The position numbers and the translations under genes were made by a program. A stretch of DNA of 64,000 bases, taken from positions 160,001 to 224,000 of the forward strand of contig JBBFKX010000001.1 in NCBI GenBank assembly GCA_037481815.1, written 5' to 3'. The DNA is from a candidate division WOR-3 bacterium. GTDB lineage: Bacteria > Hydrothermota > 32-111. Below, in pieces: positions 49,552-59,746 of this stretch. The notes under the pieces were generated by a model. The model was not told where the DNA came from. It saw only the letters and a program-made list of their open reading frames with translations, and made no database searches. Each line of letters begins with the position of its first letter. The stretch's first letter is position 1.

Positions 49552-52523
49552 AAAATTTTTTGAAAAATTTATTTTTTAATTTCAACACGAACTATTTTTC
49601 AAAATATTCAACAAAAGAAATTTTTTTCAGGATCAGATACAATTTCCTTTTGTTAATTCTAATACTCGGAATAACAGATACATTCTATTTTTCTTTAAAA
49701 CATTTGTTCCCATACATAAGTCCAATAGAGTTTTTAACACACTTTATCTCTTTGGTAATATGTCACATTCTTCTTGTAATACTTGTAAAAAAGAAAAATG
49801 TTGATCTCGTTGGAAGAATTCTAGTTTTTGTTCTTTTTCTTGTAGGTTTATACACATTGTTTTTTACACAGCTTGATTCTTCAAGAAGGGCTTTTGTTTA
49901 TATTTTTCCGCTTCTATCATTTCTTTCGATACCATTCTGGGAAAGTTTTGTTTTCTGTTTTTTAATTTTAATATTTATCATTTTAAGAATTCCAGTGTTC
50001 TCAAAAATTTTCACATATGATAGGTCTCTACACTTCAGTTTCTTTTTTACATACCTCTCAATATTTTTTGCCACTTCTATATTTAAGTATTTTGTTGAAC
50101 TGTTTCAAAGAATAGCCCTAGAAAACGAGGAAAGGCTGGATTATGAGAATAAAGTTTTAAAAGTTTTAAAAGATAATTTTCAGAGAAAGACCGAAGAGTT
50201 TGAAAAACTTTTTGCAGTTGTTCCAAGTGCTGTTTTTATAGCAGATAAAGACAGAAGAATTTTATCAATAAACAAAAGGGCACTTGAGATACTCAAATAT
50301 AAAGAGGAAGAACTGGTTGGAAAAGAATGTACATTTTTTGCTAATGAGCCTTGCAGAAGTGGCTGTGGCCTTATAAATAAAATGGATGATAATCCGATAT
50401 ATAACAAAGTATGTACGGTAATAACAAAGGATGGAAATGTAAGAATAATTTCAAAAAATGCACAGGTTTTAAGAGATGATCAAAATAATTTTACTGGTTG
50501 TATTGAGGTTTTTGATGATATTACAGAAAAATTCAATTATGAAAGAGAGATAGAAAAATTGTTGTTCTCTGTTAATCAAAGCCCTGCAAGTATTGTAATA
50601 ACCGATACGGAAGGTAATATAGAATATGTTAACAAAAAATTCACAGAGGTTTCAGGTTATACTTTTGAAGAAGTCAAAGGAAAAAATCCAAGAATTTTAA
50701 AATCAGGCGAAAAGAGCAAGGAGGAATACAAAGAGTTGTGGGATACGATAAAATCTGGAAAGGAATGGAGGGGAGAATTTCATAATAAAAGAAAAGATGG
50801 AACTCTCTATTGGGAACTTGCTCTGATTGCACCAATAATTGATAAAGATGGAAAGATAATAAATTTTGTTGCGGTTAAAGAGGATATAACTGAAAGAAAA
50901 AGGATGGAACATGAACTTTTTGAATCGAAATTGAAAGCAGAGCAGGCAACAAAAGCAAAATCTGTTTTTCTTGCAAATATGAGTCATGAGATCAGAACAC
51001 CTCTTAATGGAATAGTTGGAATGGTTGATCTACTTCTTGGAACAAAACTCGATAAAGAACAGGAAGATTATGTAAAAACGATAAAATATTCTTCTATAAC
51101 TTTATTAACATTGATAAATGATATTCTTGATTTTTCAAAAATAGAATCTGGGAAGATGAGTTTTGAAGAGATAGAATTTGATCTTTATCAACTTGTTGAA
51201 CTATCTTTAAAACCTCTCGTTTTTGAAATATCGAAAAAAGGTCTTGAAGTTCTTATCGATATAGATAAAGATGTTCCAAGATATATAAAATCTGATCCTG
51301 TAAGGTTGAAACAGGTTTTACTCAACCTTGTTGGAAATTCTTTAAAATTCACAGAAAAAGGGGAAATACTCGTTGAAGTAAAGAGGGTAGAAAAAAAAGG
51401 AAACGATGTGATATTAAAGTTCATCGTTTCAGACACAGGAATAGGTATAGATAACGATAAAATAGAAAAAATATTTCAACCTTTTGAACAGGCGGATAAT
51501 TCTATAACAAGAAAGTTTGGAGGAACGGGTCTTGGAACAACCATTTCGAAATACATTGTGGAAAAATTGGGTGGAGAGATATATGCTCTTTCTCCTTCAA
51601 AACTTTCTAAAGATGGAGGTAGAGGAAGAGGAAGTGAATTTGGATTCACTATAAAAACTGTTCAGGTGTCAGCTGATGATATCAAGAAAACATTTTCTAA
51701 AATCAAAGGAATTGAAAGGGTTCTTGTTATAGATGATAATAAATTGAATTTAAAGATAATGCATAACATGTTATCGGTCTGGAATGTCGAGTGTGAGTGT
51801 CTAACATCTTTTAAGGATTTTACAAAGAATTTGAATGATTATGATATTGTATTTGTCGATTATATTATGCCTGAAATTGATGGACTTGAAGTAGCAAAGA
51901 TGATCAAAGAAAAGAATAAAAAGATTAAAGTCATCATCTTTACATCTTCAATATTAAAAGAGGATAAAGAAAGATTTGATACTATCGGTGTTGATGGATA
52001 CCTTCAGAAACCTGTTTCTCAATCATCTTTGTATGATTTGCTTATTTCAATTTTTGAGAGTAAAGAACAGGAAAAGGAAGTAAAGGATACAAAAGCGCAG
52101 GTTGACAAAAAAGACATTAAAATTCTTGTTGCTGAGGACAACACGGTTAATCAGAAGGTAGCGAAAAACATGTTGAACAAACTTGGTTATGATGTTGATA
52201 TCGCTGAAAACGGAGAAAAGGTTTTAGAGATGATGAAAGAAAGGTCATATGATCTTGTTCTTATGGATGTACAGATGCCTGTAATGGATGGTTTAACCAC
52301 AACAAGAATCATAAGAGAGGTTGAGGATGATATCAAAAACAACAGGAATCTTAGTTATAATCTTATGATTAAGAAAATTCCTGTTCCAATAATTGCCTTG
52401 ACAGCGAACGCTATGAAAGAGGATAAAGATGTATGTCTTGCCAACGGTATGAATGATTATTTGCCAAAACCTCTAAATCTGAACGAGTTAAAGGATATTG
52501 TTGAAAAGTATACAAAGAGTTGA
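49548..52523 (+). CDS. Membrane hybrid sensor histidine kinase (TM-PAS-PAS-HisKA-HATPase-REC-REC)
   Basis: N-terminal TMs; PAS domains; FLANMSHEIRTPLNG, NLVGNSLKFT, DTGIGI, FEQAD...GGTGLG; two REC domains. Confidence 0.95.
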   Translation: MKNFLKNLFFNFNTNYFSKYSTKEIFFRIRYNFLLLILILGITDTFYFSLKHLFPYISPIEFLTHFISLVICHILLVILVKKKNVDLVGRILVFVLFLVGLYTLFFTQLDSSRRAFVYIFPLLSFLSIPFWESFVFCFLILIFIILRIPVFSKIFTYDRSLHFSFFFTYLSIFFATSIFKYFVELFQRIALENEERLDYENKVLKVLKDNFQRKTEEFEKLFAVVPSAVFIADKDRRILSINKRALEILKYKEEELVGKECTFFANEPCRSGCGLINKMDDNPIYNKVCTVITKDGNVRIISKNAQVLRDDQNNFTGCIEVFDDITEKFNYEREIEKLLFSVNQSPASIVITDTEGNIEYVNKKFTEVSGYTFEEVKGKNPRILKSGEKSKEEYKELWDTIKSGKEWRGEFHNKRKDGTLYWELALIAPIIDKDGKIINFVAVKEDITERKRMEHELFESKLKAEQATKAKSVFLANMSHEIRTPLNGIVGMVDLLLGTKLDKEQEDYVKTIKYSSITLLTLINDILDFSKIESGKMSFEEIEFDLYQLVELSLKPLVFEISKKGLEVLIDIDKDVPRYIKSDPVRLKQVLLNLVGNSLKFTEKGEILVEVKRVEKKGNDVILKFIVSDTGIGIDNDKIEKIFQPFEQADNSITRKFGGTGLGTTISKYIVEKLGGEIYALSPSKLSKDGGRGRGSEFGFTIKTVQVSADDIKKTFSKIKGIERVLVIDDNKLNLKIMHNMLSVWNVECECLTSFKDFTKNLNDYDIVFVDYIMPEIDGLEVAKMIKEKNKKIKVIIFTSSILKEDKERFDTIGVDGYLQKPVSQSSLYDLLISIFESKEQEKEVKDTKAQVDKKDIKILVAEDNTVNQKVAKNMLNKLGYDVDIAENGEKVLEMMKERSYDLVLMDVQMPVMDGLTTTRIIREVEDDIKNNRNLSYNLMIKKIPVPIIALTANAMKEDKDVCLANGMNDYLPKPLNLNELKDIVEKYTKS

Positions 52524-52529
52524 TATAAT
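52501..52529 (+). promoter_or_regulatory. sigma70-type promoter (probably leaderless mRNA)
   Basis: TTGAAA-N17-TATAAT with TGn extension, 6 nt before ATG 52536; no SD. Confidence 0.55.
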
Positions 52530-52535
52530 AATTAA

Positions 52536-53585
52536 ATGGATCCAAAAGTTTATTTTATAGATATTCAAACTTTTTCAGGAAATTTTAAAATATTTGAGAA
52601 CATCCTTTTAAAGGAAATAGAGGTTCAAAAAATATTTTATGAAAATTCTTTGATTGCTGTAAAAATACATTTTGGAGAAAAAGGAAACAGAGCTTACATA
52701 AAGCCTGTATACGCCAATTGGTTCTGTGAATTTTTAAAGAAAAACGGGTATAAACCTTTTTTAACTGATACAAATACTCTTTATAAAGGTATGAGATCAA
52801 ACTCCGTGGATCACCTTGAGAACGCATTCTTTAATGGGTTTTCATATTTCCCGATAATAATCTCTGATGGATTGAGGGGGGAAAGTTTTGTAAAGGTAGA
52901 AAAGGAACTTGAAGTACTAAAGGAATTTTATATTGGCTCTGACATCTATTATTCCGATGGAATATTATTTTTAACACATTTTAAAGGGCATGAATTGACA
53001 GGATTTGGAGGTTCAATCAAAAATATGGGTATGGGTTGTGCTGCGAAGAGAGGAAAACTTTCCATGCATTCTAATCTAACACCTTTTGTTGATAAAGAAA
53101 AGTGTAAAGGATGTTTTAAATGCATAAAATGGTGCAATGTGAAGGCTATCAGGGAATCGGGGAACACTGCTTTTATTGATAAAAATATATGTGTTGGGTG
53201 CGGTTTATGTCTTGAGATATGTGATTTTAGAGCAATAAACATTGATTGGGGAATAGAGAGTTCTTTGATGCAGAAAAAGATGGCTGAGTATGCAAAGGTA
53301 TCTGTTGAAAGCAAGCCAGCAGTTTTTGTAAATTTTGTAATTGACATTTCTCCTGTTTGTGATTGTTATCCTTATAATAAAGGCCCAATTGCAAAAGACG
53401 TTGGTATACTTTTTTCTAATGACCCTGTCGCTATCGATAGAGCGTCTTATGATCTTGTTTGTGAAAGAACCGGATATGATCCTTTTAAAAAAACTCATCC
53501 AGATATAGATCCTCTTGTTCAACTTGAACATGCACAGAAAATTGGCCTTGGGACAAACAGTTATGAACTTGTTCAGATCACTTAA
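52536..53585 (+). CDS. DUF362 domain protein with 2x[4Fe-4S] ferredoxin insert
   Basis: KIHFGEKGN, TDTNTLY, HFKGH..GFGGSIKNMGMGC, CxxCxxCxxxC twice, CDC, DPVAID. Confidence 0.9.
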   Translation: MDPKVYFIDIQTFSGNFKIFENILLKEIEVQKIFYENSLIAVKIHFGEKGNRAYIKPVYANWFCEFLKKNGYKPFLTDTNTLYKGMRSNSVDHLENAFFNGFSYFPIIISDGLRGESFVKVEKELEVLKEFYIGSDIYYSDGILFLTHFKGHELTGFGGSIKNMGMGCAAKRGKLSMHSNLTPFVDKEKCKGCFKCIKWCNVKAIRESGNTAFIDKNICVGCGLCLEICDFRAINIDWGIESSLMQKKMAEYAKVSVESKPAVFVNFVIDISPVCDCYPYNKGPIAKDVGILFSNDPVAIDRASYDLVCERTGYDPFKKTHPDIDPLVQLEHAQKIGLGTNSYELVQIT

Positions 53586-55518
53586 AATATCAATACTTAT
53601 TTTTTCCTTTATCAGAGTGTTTCCCTTCTGGCAGTATTTTGATGATTCAGAAAATGTAAAAAAATTTTTTAATAAAGAAATCGATTTTGAAAAGGTTCTC
53701 TATACTAAAAGTGTTGAACAACTCGAAATATTATCAAACATAGATAAATTTATTCTGTTTAGCGATTCTTTGATCAAAGATGGGAAATTGCCTCAAAATT
53801 ATTTTCAAGAATATTTATATTTAAAAAATAGTTTTATAGAAAAAAAATTTAATCAAATAATTTCATTTGAACCAAAATTTTTAAAAGATTCTTTAAAAAA
53901 CATCTTTTTTATTTTCAAAGGTTATTCTTACTATAATCTTAATGATTTAGAAAATAGTTTAAAAATATCTTCAGAATTTAAAGGGGATCTTTCGAATATT
54001 TTAAAAATAATTTCGTTGTATAAATTGCAAAAGTATGATGATTGTATAACAACGATAGAAGAATTTGAGAACTTTATTAACTATCCTGAAATCTTTAAGA
54101 TTTATATAAATCTGAACTTTGTGAAAAAAAATTATGAAAAGTTGGATTATTTTTGTGATCTCTTTCTTACTAAGTTTCAAGAGGATAAGGATTATTTTTA
54201 TGTTGTCTATATAAAAAGTCAGGTTTTGTTTAAAAAAGGATATTTTAATAAATCGCTCTATTTTGTAAATCAGGTTATTCTAAATGAAAAATATGATTCG
54301 ATACTTTTGGGTAATGCATATTATCTTGCTGGTAAAAATTATTTTATGCTTGGTGATTATGATAAAATGGAGAACTATTTCAATGTTTTCAGAGAATCAA
54401 ATATATCATCAGATTTTAAAAAAAATGCCCTCTTTTTAGATGGTAAAGGTTTTTTTCTCAAAGGTGATTTTAAAAAAGCGATTAAAAAACTCGAAAATTT
54501 TTCGAACGAATTTCCTGAAGATGAGTTAACAATATATGCAGATCAAATGATCGCAGAGTCCTATTTCAATATAAAAAACTATAAGAAATTCAAGGAATAC
54601 CTTAATAAAAGAAATTATCCAGATTTTATAAAAGACAAGATGGTTTATTTGAAATATTTTGTAGATTATAAAGATGGTTTATATCCCGATAGCATTCAGT
54701 CATTCATATCTTTTATAAACAATGAAAAAAATAATCCTTTCAAAAAGAACGCTTATGAAAGAATTATTGAAGAAACATCTTCAGATTCTTTAAAGGTTTA
54801 CTATCTTAAAAACTATCTAATAGAATTCAATAGAGGTGAAAAAGTTTTTCAGATCTTTGAAAAAAATATTTCTTTTATTTATGAAAATCTAAAATTGGAT
54901 TTTATAATAAATTTTTTTAAAAATATGGATTTTTCTAATGAAAAAGTATGTAAAATATTTTATCTTCTTCTAAATTATGCTTACAAAAATAGACAAGATA
55001 ATATATTTGTTATAAACATTGTCCAGAATTTTACTGACAACATGAAATTTTATAAAGACGAAGTTGAATACCTATTAATAAATTCACTAAAAAATATTGG
55101 CAATTATGATGCAGCACTTATTTTGATCGATAAAAAGTTGAAAGTAAAAAACAGTTTTTCAGATTCCTTGTTAATTTTACAATTTACAATTTATTCTCAG
55201 AAAAATGATATCGAAAAACTTACAAAACTTGTCGAGAATTATGGTGGTGATATTTTTGTTGAAGCAGAATTGAACAGATTTTTAGGTGAAAAATTTTTTT
55301 CACTGAAAATGTACTCACAGGCAAAAGATTATTTCAGAAAAGCACTTGTTCTCTATCAGGATAATCGAGAAAGGGTCGCCCTTGTCTTAACAGAACTTGC
55401 TGAAACTCATTATGCTCTTGACGAAAAAGAGAATGCTTCTATAATTGCACAACAGGCGCTATTTTTTACAAAAGATGTTAACTTAATAAACAGGATAAAA
55501 CTTTTAATTGAAAAGTAG
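53563..55518 (+). CDS. Tetratricopeptide repeat protein
   Basis: Repeated TPR-like helices (AYYLAGKNYFMLGDY; AIKKLENFSNEFPED; AKDYFRKAL); start uncertain. Confidence 0.65.
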   Translation: MNLFRSLKISILIFSFIRVFPFWQYFDDSENVKKFFNKEIDFEKVLYTKSVEQLEILSNIDKFILFSDSLIKDGKLPQNYFQEYLYLKNSFIEKKFNQIISFEPKFLKDSLKNIFFIFKGYSYYNLNDLENSLKISSEFKGDLSNILKIISLYKLQKYDDCITTIEEFENFINYPEIFKIYINLNFVKKNYEKLDYFCDLFLTKFQEDKDYFYVVYIKSQVLFKKGYFNKSLYFVNQVILNEKYDSILLGNAYYLAGKNYFMLGDYDKMENYFNVFRESNISSDFKKNALFLDGKGFFLKGDFKKAIKKLENFSNEFPEDELTIYADQMIAESYFNIKNYKKFKEYLNKRNYPDFIKDKMVYLKYFVDYKDGLYPDSIQSFISFINNEKNNPFKKNAYERIIEETSSDSLKVYYLKNYLIEFNRGEKVFQIFEKNISFIYENLKLDFIINFFKNMDFSNEKVCKIFYLLLNYAYKNRQDNIFVINIVQNFTDNMKFYKDEVEYLLINSLKNIGNYDAALILIDKKLKVKNSFSDSLLILQFTIYSQKNDIEKLTKLVENYGGDIFVEAELNRFLGEKFFSLKMYSQAKDYFRKALVLYQDNRERVALVLTELAETHYALDEKENASIIAQQALFFTKDVNLINRIKLLIEK

Positions 55519-56782
55519 AAAAACATTTTCATTTTTTCCATTAACTCTTGGTTGTTCGAAAAATCAAGTTGATCTTGAATATTTGTTGGGAGAATTGACA
55601 AAAGAAGGGCATTCGATTGTTGGTGATATTGATAGAGCCGATTTTGTTCTTATAAATACCTGTTCCTTTATACATGATGCAAGAGTTGAAAGCGAAAGAA
55701 TAGCGAAAAAATTTTCAAAAACAAAAAAAGTTATACTCCTTGGATGTTATGTCCAGATGTTTAAGGAAAGAGTTTTCAAAATATTTCCTAACATAAATCT
55801 TTTCATTGGAACCGAAAGTGGGCAATTTAATGATTTTATTCTTGAAAATCTGAATACGAAAAAAAAGTTGATAATGTTGAATGAGAATAAAACAATCTTC
55901 TATAGTTCAAAAAGGTATCCTTTAAACAGATTCCATACTTACATTAAGATTTCTGAAGGGTGTTTAAGAAAATGTTCTTTTTGCAAAATTCCATCGATAA
56001 GAGGGACTTTAAGAAGTAAAAGAATAGAAGAGATTTTAAAGGAAGTCGAGAATTTTTCAAAAAAGGGCTTTAAGGAGTTTGAACTGATATCAGAGGATTC
56101 ATCTGTTTATGGAATTGATCTTTATAAAAAGAGAATGATTTTAAAACTTATTGAAAATTTAAACAAAAATTTTCCTGATCGATTGTTCCGACTTCTCTAT
56201 GTTTACCCTGATAGCGCTATAAATGATATTGTTTTTGCAATAAAAGAAGCAAAGAGTTTTATCAAATACATCGATGTTCCATTCCAGCACGTTTCAAATG
56301 ATGTTTTAAAATCTATGAAAAGAGATAACATTGATGTTTTGGAAATTTCCAGTATGATAAAAAAAACAGGCCTTATTTTAAGAAGTTCATTCATAGTTGG
56401 GTTCCCTCATGAAAAAGAAAAAGATTTTCAAATCTTAAAGGATTTTATAAAAAGAGGATATATAGATAAACTTGGGCTTTTTCTGTATTCTGATGAAAAT
56501 GAAGAAATCGAGGATACTATAGATTTTTCTAAAAAGGTTGAAAGATTCAACAGGTTGATCAATGTTAACAAAAAAATAGCAATGAAAAAAATGAGGAATA
56601 AAGTTGGTCAATATAAAGATGTTGTTTTTTATTATTCAGACGATGAGTATACTTATGGAAGGTTGATTGAAGATGCCCCTGACATCGATGATGTTGTAGT
56701 TTCAAAAAATAGGGATATCGAAAAATTTAAAATTATAAAATTAAAAATAACAGATGTTAAGAATTACACTTATTTTTGCTAA
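55508..56782 (+). CDS. rimO: Ribosomal protein S12 methylthiotransferase RimO (MiaB/RimO family)
   Basis: LGCSKNQVD, INTCSFI, GC, YIKISEGCLRKCSFCKIP, RLLYVYP, DAPDID. Confidence 0.85.
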   Translation: MKSRKTFSFFPLTLGCSKNQVDLEYLLGELTKEGHSIVGDIDRADFVLINTCSFIHDARVESERIAKKFSKTKKVILLGCYVQMFKERVFKIFPNINLFIGTESGQFNDFILENLNTKKKLIMLNENKTIFYSSKRYPLNRFHTYIKISEGCLRKCSFCKIPSIRGTLRSKRIEEILKEVENFSKKGFKEFELISEDSSVYGIDLYKKRMILKLIENLNKNFPDRLFRLLYVYPDSAINDIVFAIKEAKSFIKYIDVPFQHVSNDVLKSMKRDNIDVLEISSMIKKTGLILRSSFIVGFPHEKEKDFQILKDFIKRGYIDKLGLFLYSDENEEIEDTIDFSKKVERFNRLINVNKKIAMKKMRNKVGQYKDVVFYYSDDEYTYGRLIEDAPDIDDVVVSKNRDIEKFKIIKLKITDVKNYTYFC

Positions 56783-56790
56783 AACTTTTC

Positions 56791-56818
56791 TTGACTTAAA
56801 AAAACTTTTATAGATAAT
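56791..56818 (+). promoter_or_regulatory. sigma70-type promoter (probably leaderless mRNA)
   Basis: TTGACT-N16-GATAAT, 7 nt before ATG 56826; no SD. Confidence 0.45.
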
Positions 56819-56825
56819 ACAATTT

Positions 56826-58649
56826 ATGGCTATTATAAACTATGATATTATTGTTGTTACCGATGATCGTAAGAAAAAGGTAAAATATAACTTTCTTGAT
56901 GGAGAAGAAGTTATTTATAACCATACAAGGTTCAAAATAAGGTTGATAAGCAAATTCATCTATTCTGAACCAGGACTTGACAAATTGATGTATGATGGAG
57001 TTATTGTAGATGTCAAGCAGTTTGAGGATGATATTATAAATACCCTTCTTTTTTATAACAATCAAAGTGAAATTTTTATTTTTGATTATAAATTTAAACC
57101 GAACATTGTTAACAGGAATATAAAATATTTTTACGAACTTTCAGGTTTAAAAAATTTGATAATCCAGTTTTTTTATGAGAGAAGATACAATACTCCATTT
57201 TTCAATTCTTTAAAAAAACTTGCAAGAAGTAAAAAACAGAGATGGCATACACCAGGGCATGTCGGAGGTGAGGCCTTCGAAAAATATACCTCTGTGAGGG
57301 ATTTCAAACGTTTTTATAAAAATAATATTTTTTTAACAGATACATCCGTATCCGATCCTTCTTTTGGTTCTTTGCTTTCTCACAACGGTGTATTTAAAGA
57401 AGCAGAAAAACTTCTATCGACCGCCTATGGAACTTTATACTCTTTCATTAATGTTCATGGTACATCAACTTCAAACAAAATCATTTTTATGACTCTTCTG
57501 GACAAAGGTGATAAGGTCATAGTCGATAGAAACATTCATAAATCGACGATACATTCGATAATCGTTTCAGGTGCTTTGCCTGTATTTTTAAAAGCCAATT
57601 TTAACAAAGAGTTCGGGATCATATTACCTACAAGGAAAGAGGAGGTTATAAAATGTATTGAGGAGAACAGGGATGCGAAACTTCTCGCTTTGACTGTTCC
57701 CACTTATGATGGTTTAAGATACAATTTACCGGAAATAATTTCTGTTGCCCACAAATATAAAATCAAAGTTCTTGTCGATGAGGCATGGGGAGCTCATATG
57801 CATTTCCACCATGATTATTACCCTGATGCTTTACAGAGTGGAGCAGATTATGTTGTTCAATCCACACATAAAGTAATGGGGGCTTTTTCTCAAGCATCTG
57901 TGATTCATGTCAACGACAAAGATTTTAAAGATAAAAAGTATGAGTTTTTTGAAAATTACATGTTTTTCTCATCGACTTCTCCCTTTTATCCGATGGTTGC
58001 GAGTATAGATGTAGCAAGAAAACTTCTGTCTTGTGAAGGAAAGATGATTCTGGAAAAGTTAAAAAAATATTATGAGCAACTTGTCACTGAAATTGATGCT
58101 CTAAACGATTTTAAAGTTTTAAAAAGGTCTTATCTGAAAGGATACTATCAAAGCATAAACGAAATATTGTTTGACTATACAAGAATCCTTGTAAATTTTT
58201 CAAAAGCCGGTATAGGGAAAAAACAGATATATTCTTATCTTTTAAAAAATAAAATTGTCGTCGAAAAAATAAATTATAACAGTTTCACTTTACTTCTTGG
58301 AGTTGGAACAACACAGAATATGGTGAGAAGGTTGTTAAAAGTTTTAAAAGATTTTAAATATGAAAAAAGAGATTTGAAAGAGAAAGAAATTCAATTTATC
58401 TGGAACGATCTTGAAGCCACCATACCACCATTTGAGGCATACCAATCAAAAGGTGAATGGATAGATTTGAAAAACGCAAAGGGAAGAATTTCATCAAACA
58501 TGCTTGTTCCTTATCCTCCCGGAATTCCTTTGATCATACCTGGACAGATTTTTACAGAAGATCTTATAAACAATCTTTTGGAGATAATCTCGTTTGATGA
58601 GATTGAAATACATGGTTTAATAAAAGGAAAGGTGAAAGTTTTAAAATGA
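56826..58649 (+). CDS. Orn/Lys/Arg decarboxylase (fold type I PLP)
   Basis: WHTPGH, GSLLSH, HGTSTSN, DRNIHKS, PTYDG, DEAWGAH, QSTHK (PLP Lys), STSPFYP, PYPPGIP. Confidence 0.92.
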   Translation: MAIINYDIIVVTDDRKKKVKYNFLDGEEVIYNHTRFKIRLISKFIYSEPGLDKLMYDGVIVDVKQFEDDIINTLLFYNNQSEIFIFDYKFKPNIVNRNIKYFYELSGLKNLIIQFFYERRYNTPFFNSLKKLARSKKQRWHTPGHVGGEAFEKYTSVRDFKRFYKNNIFLTDTSVSDPSFGSLLSHNGVFKEAEKLLSTAYGTLYSFINVHGTSTSNKIIFMTLLDKGDKVIVDRNIHKSTIHSIIVSGALPVFLKANFNKEFGIILPTRKEEVIKCIEENRDAKLLALTVPTYDGLRYNLPEIISVAHKYKIKVLVDEAWGAHMHFHHDYYPDALQSGADYVVQSTHKVMGAFSQASVIHVNDKDFKDKKYEFFENYMFFSSTSPFYPMVASIDVARKLLSCEGKMILEKLKKYYEQLVTEIDALNDFKVLKRSYLKGYYQSINEILFDYTRILVNFSKAGIGKKQIYSYLLKNKIVVEKINYNSFTLLLGVGTTQNMVRRLLKVLKDFKYEKRDLKEKEIQFIWNDLEATIPPFEAYQSKGEWIDLKNAKGRISSNMLVPYPPGIPLIIPGQIFTEDLINNLLEIISFDEIEIHGLIKGKVKVLK

Positions 58650-58909
58650 GCAAGAACAAAGAAATTTTAAAAGAGTTTGAAGAACTTTTTGATTCTTTAG
58701 GGATCGTTATAAGATATGACAACATCCAGAATGATGGTGGTTATTGTAAATATAAAGATAAAGAGTACATTATTTTAAACAAAATTTTACCTTTAAAAAA
58801 TAGGTTAGAGATTTATAAAAAGATTTTGAAAGATATTTTAAGTGAAAGAGGGGATATATTTTTAAAACCTGTATTACGGGAGTTTATTGAAAATGATCAA
58901 GATTCTTGA
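58646..58909 (+). CDS. Small hypothetical protein
   Basis: ATGA-coupled to the decarboxylase; LGIVIRYD...GGYC...IILNK motif. Confidence 0.65.
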   Translation: MSKNKEILKEFEELFDSLGIVIRYDNIQNDGGYCKYKDKEYIILNKILPLKNRLEIYKKILKDILSERGDIFLKPVLREFIENDQDS

Positions 58910-59681
58910 AAACTTTTTTTTGAAGAAGAGGGTTAAAAGTATTGGAACAGAGTGGAAGAAACAGATAAACACATCTACTTTGTTTTATGGAATAAAAAAT
59001 GTTGTAGTAATCTGGAACAACGAAATAACTTCTCTAAACAGTTTTTTGACTTTTGATAGAAGTTTGAAAAACAAATTGAAAAATGTTAATATTTATTACT
59101 TAATCTTTCCTTATTTTACGCTTTATAAAGATTTTTTTAATCAAGAAAATATTGAAGAGTTAATAATACCAAAGCCAATTAAATTCCAGGAACTCGAAAA
59201 AATGGTTGAGTTTAAAAAAAAGGTAAAAGAGATAGATCTTTTTATTGATTTATCAAATATTGAAAAAGATTACAGGAAACTTTTTATTAGAACTTTGCAA
59301 CCTTCAGTATCGATAACTTTTTTTGAAGTAGGAATCGAGGAAGATTTTAACATTCTTTTTAAAAGCAAAGATAAGGATCCGGTTAATCTTTTGAAACTGC
59401 TCAATTTTGATATAGTTGACGAAAATTTTTTAGAATATTTAAAAATTAGAATAGAAAAATTGAATATAACGGTATTTCCTCTTGTGCTCATAGGGCAATC
59501 TTCTAAAGTTTTAAAAGAAAAGAAAAAAGCGGAAAAGGAAGGAAAAAGATTTCTTTATATATCAAGCTTAAAGAATGAACTGAACATTGTAAACTTTTAT
59601 CATATACTTAAAACGCAAGAACTTATATTTGATGAGAATGTTTCAAATGAGGTTACTTTTATAAAGAGTTTGAAATTCTAG
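58887..59681 (+). CDS. Hypothetical protein
   Basis: 264-aa ORF continuing the operon; no motif recognised. Confidence 0.55.
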   Translation: MKMIKILENFFLKKRVKSIGTEWKKQINTSTLFYGIKNVVVIWNNEITSLNSFLTFDRSLKNKLKNVNIYYLIFPYFTLYKDFFNQENIEELIIPKPIKFQELEKMVEFKKKVKEIDLFIDLSNIEKDYRKLFIRTLQPSVSITFFEVGIEEDFNILFKSKDKDPVNLLKLLNFDIVDENFLEYLKIRIEKLNITVFPLVLIGQSSKVLKEKKKAEKEGKRFLYISSLKNELNIVNFYHILKTQELIFDENVSNEVTFIKSLKF

Positions 59682-59685
59682 AATA

Positions 59686-59713
59686 TTGACAACCATCTTT
59701 TATACAATATAAT
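59686..59713 (+). promoter_or_regulatory. sigma70-type promoter of hppA
   Basis: Perfect TTGACA-N16-TATAAT. Confidence 0.7.
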
Positions 59714-59746
59714 AAAAAAATTAAAATAAAAATTTGAGGAGTGCTT

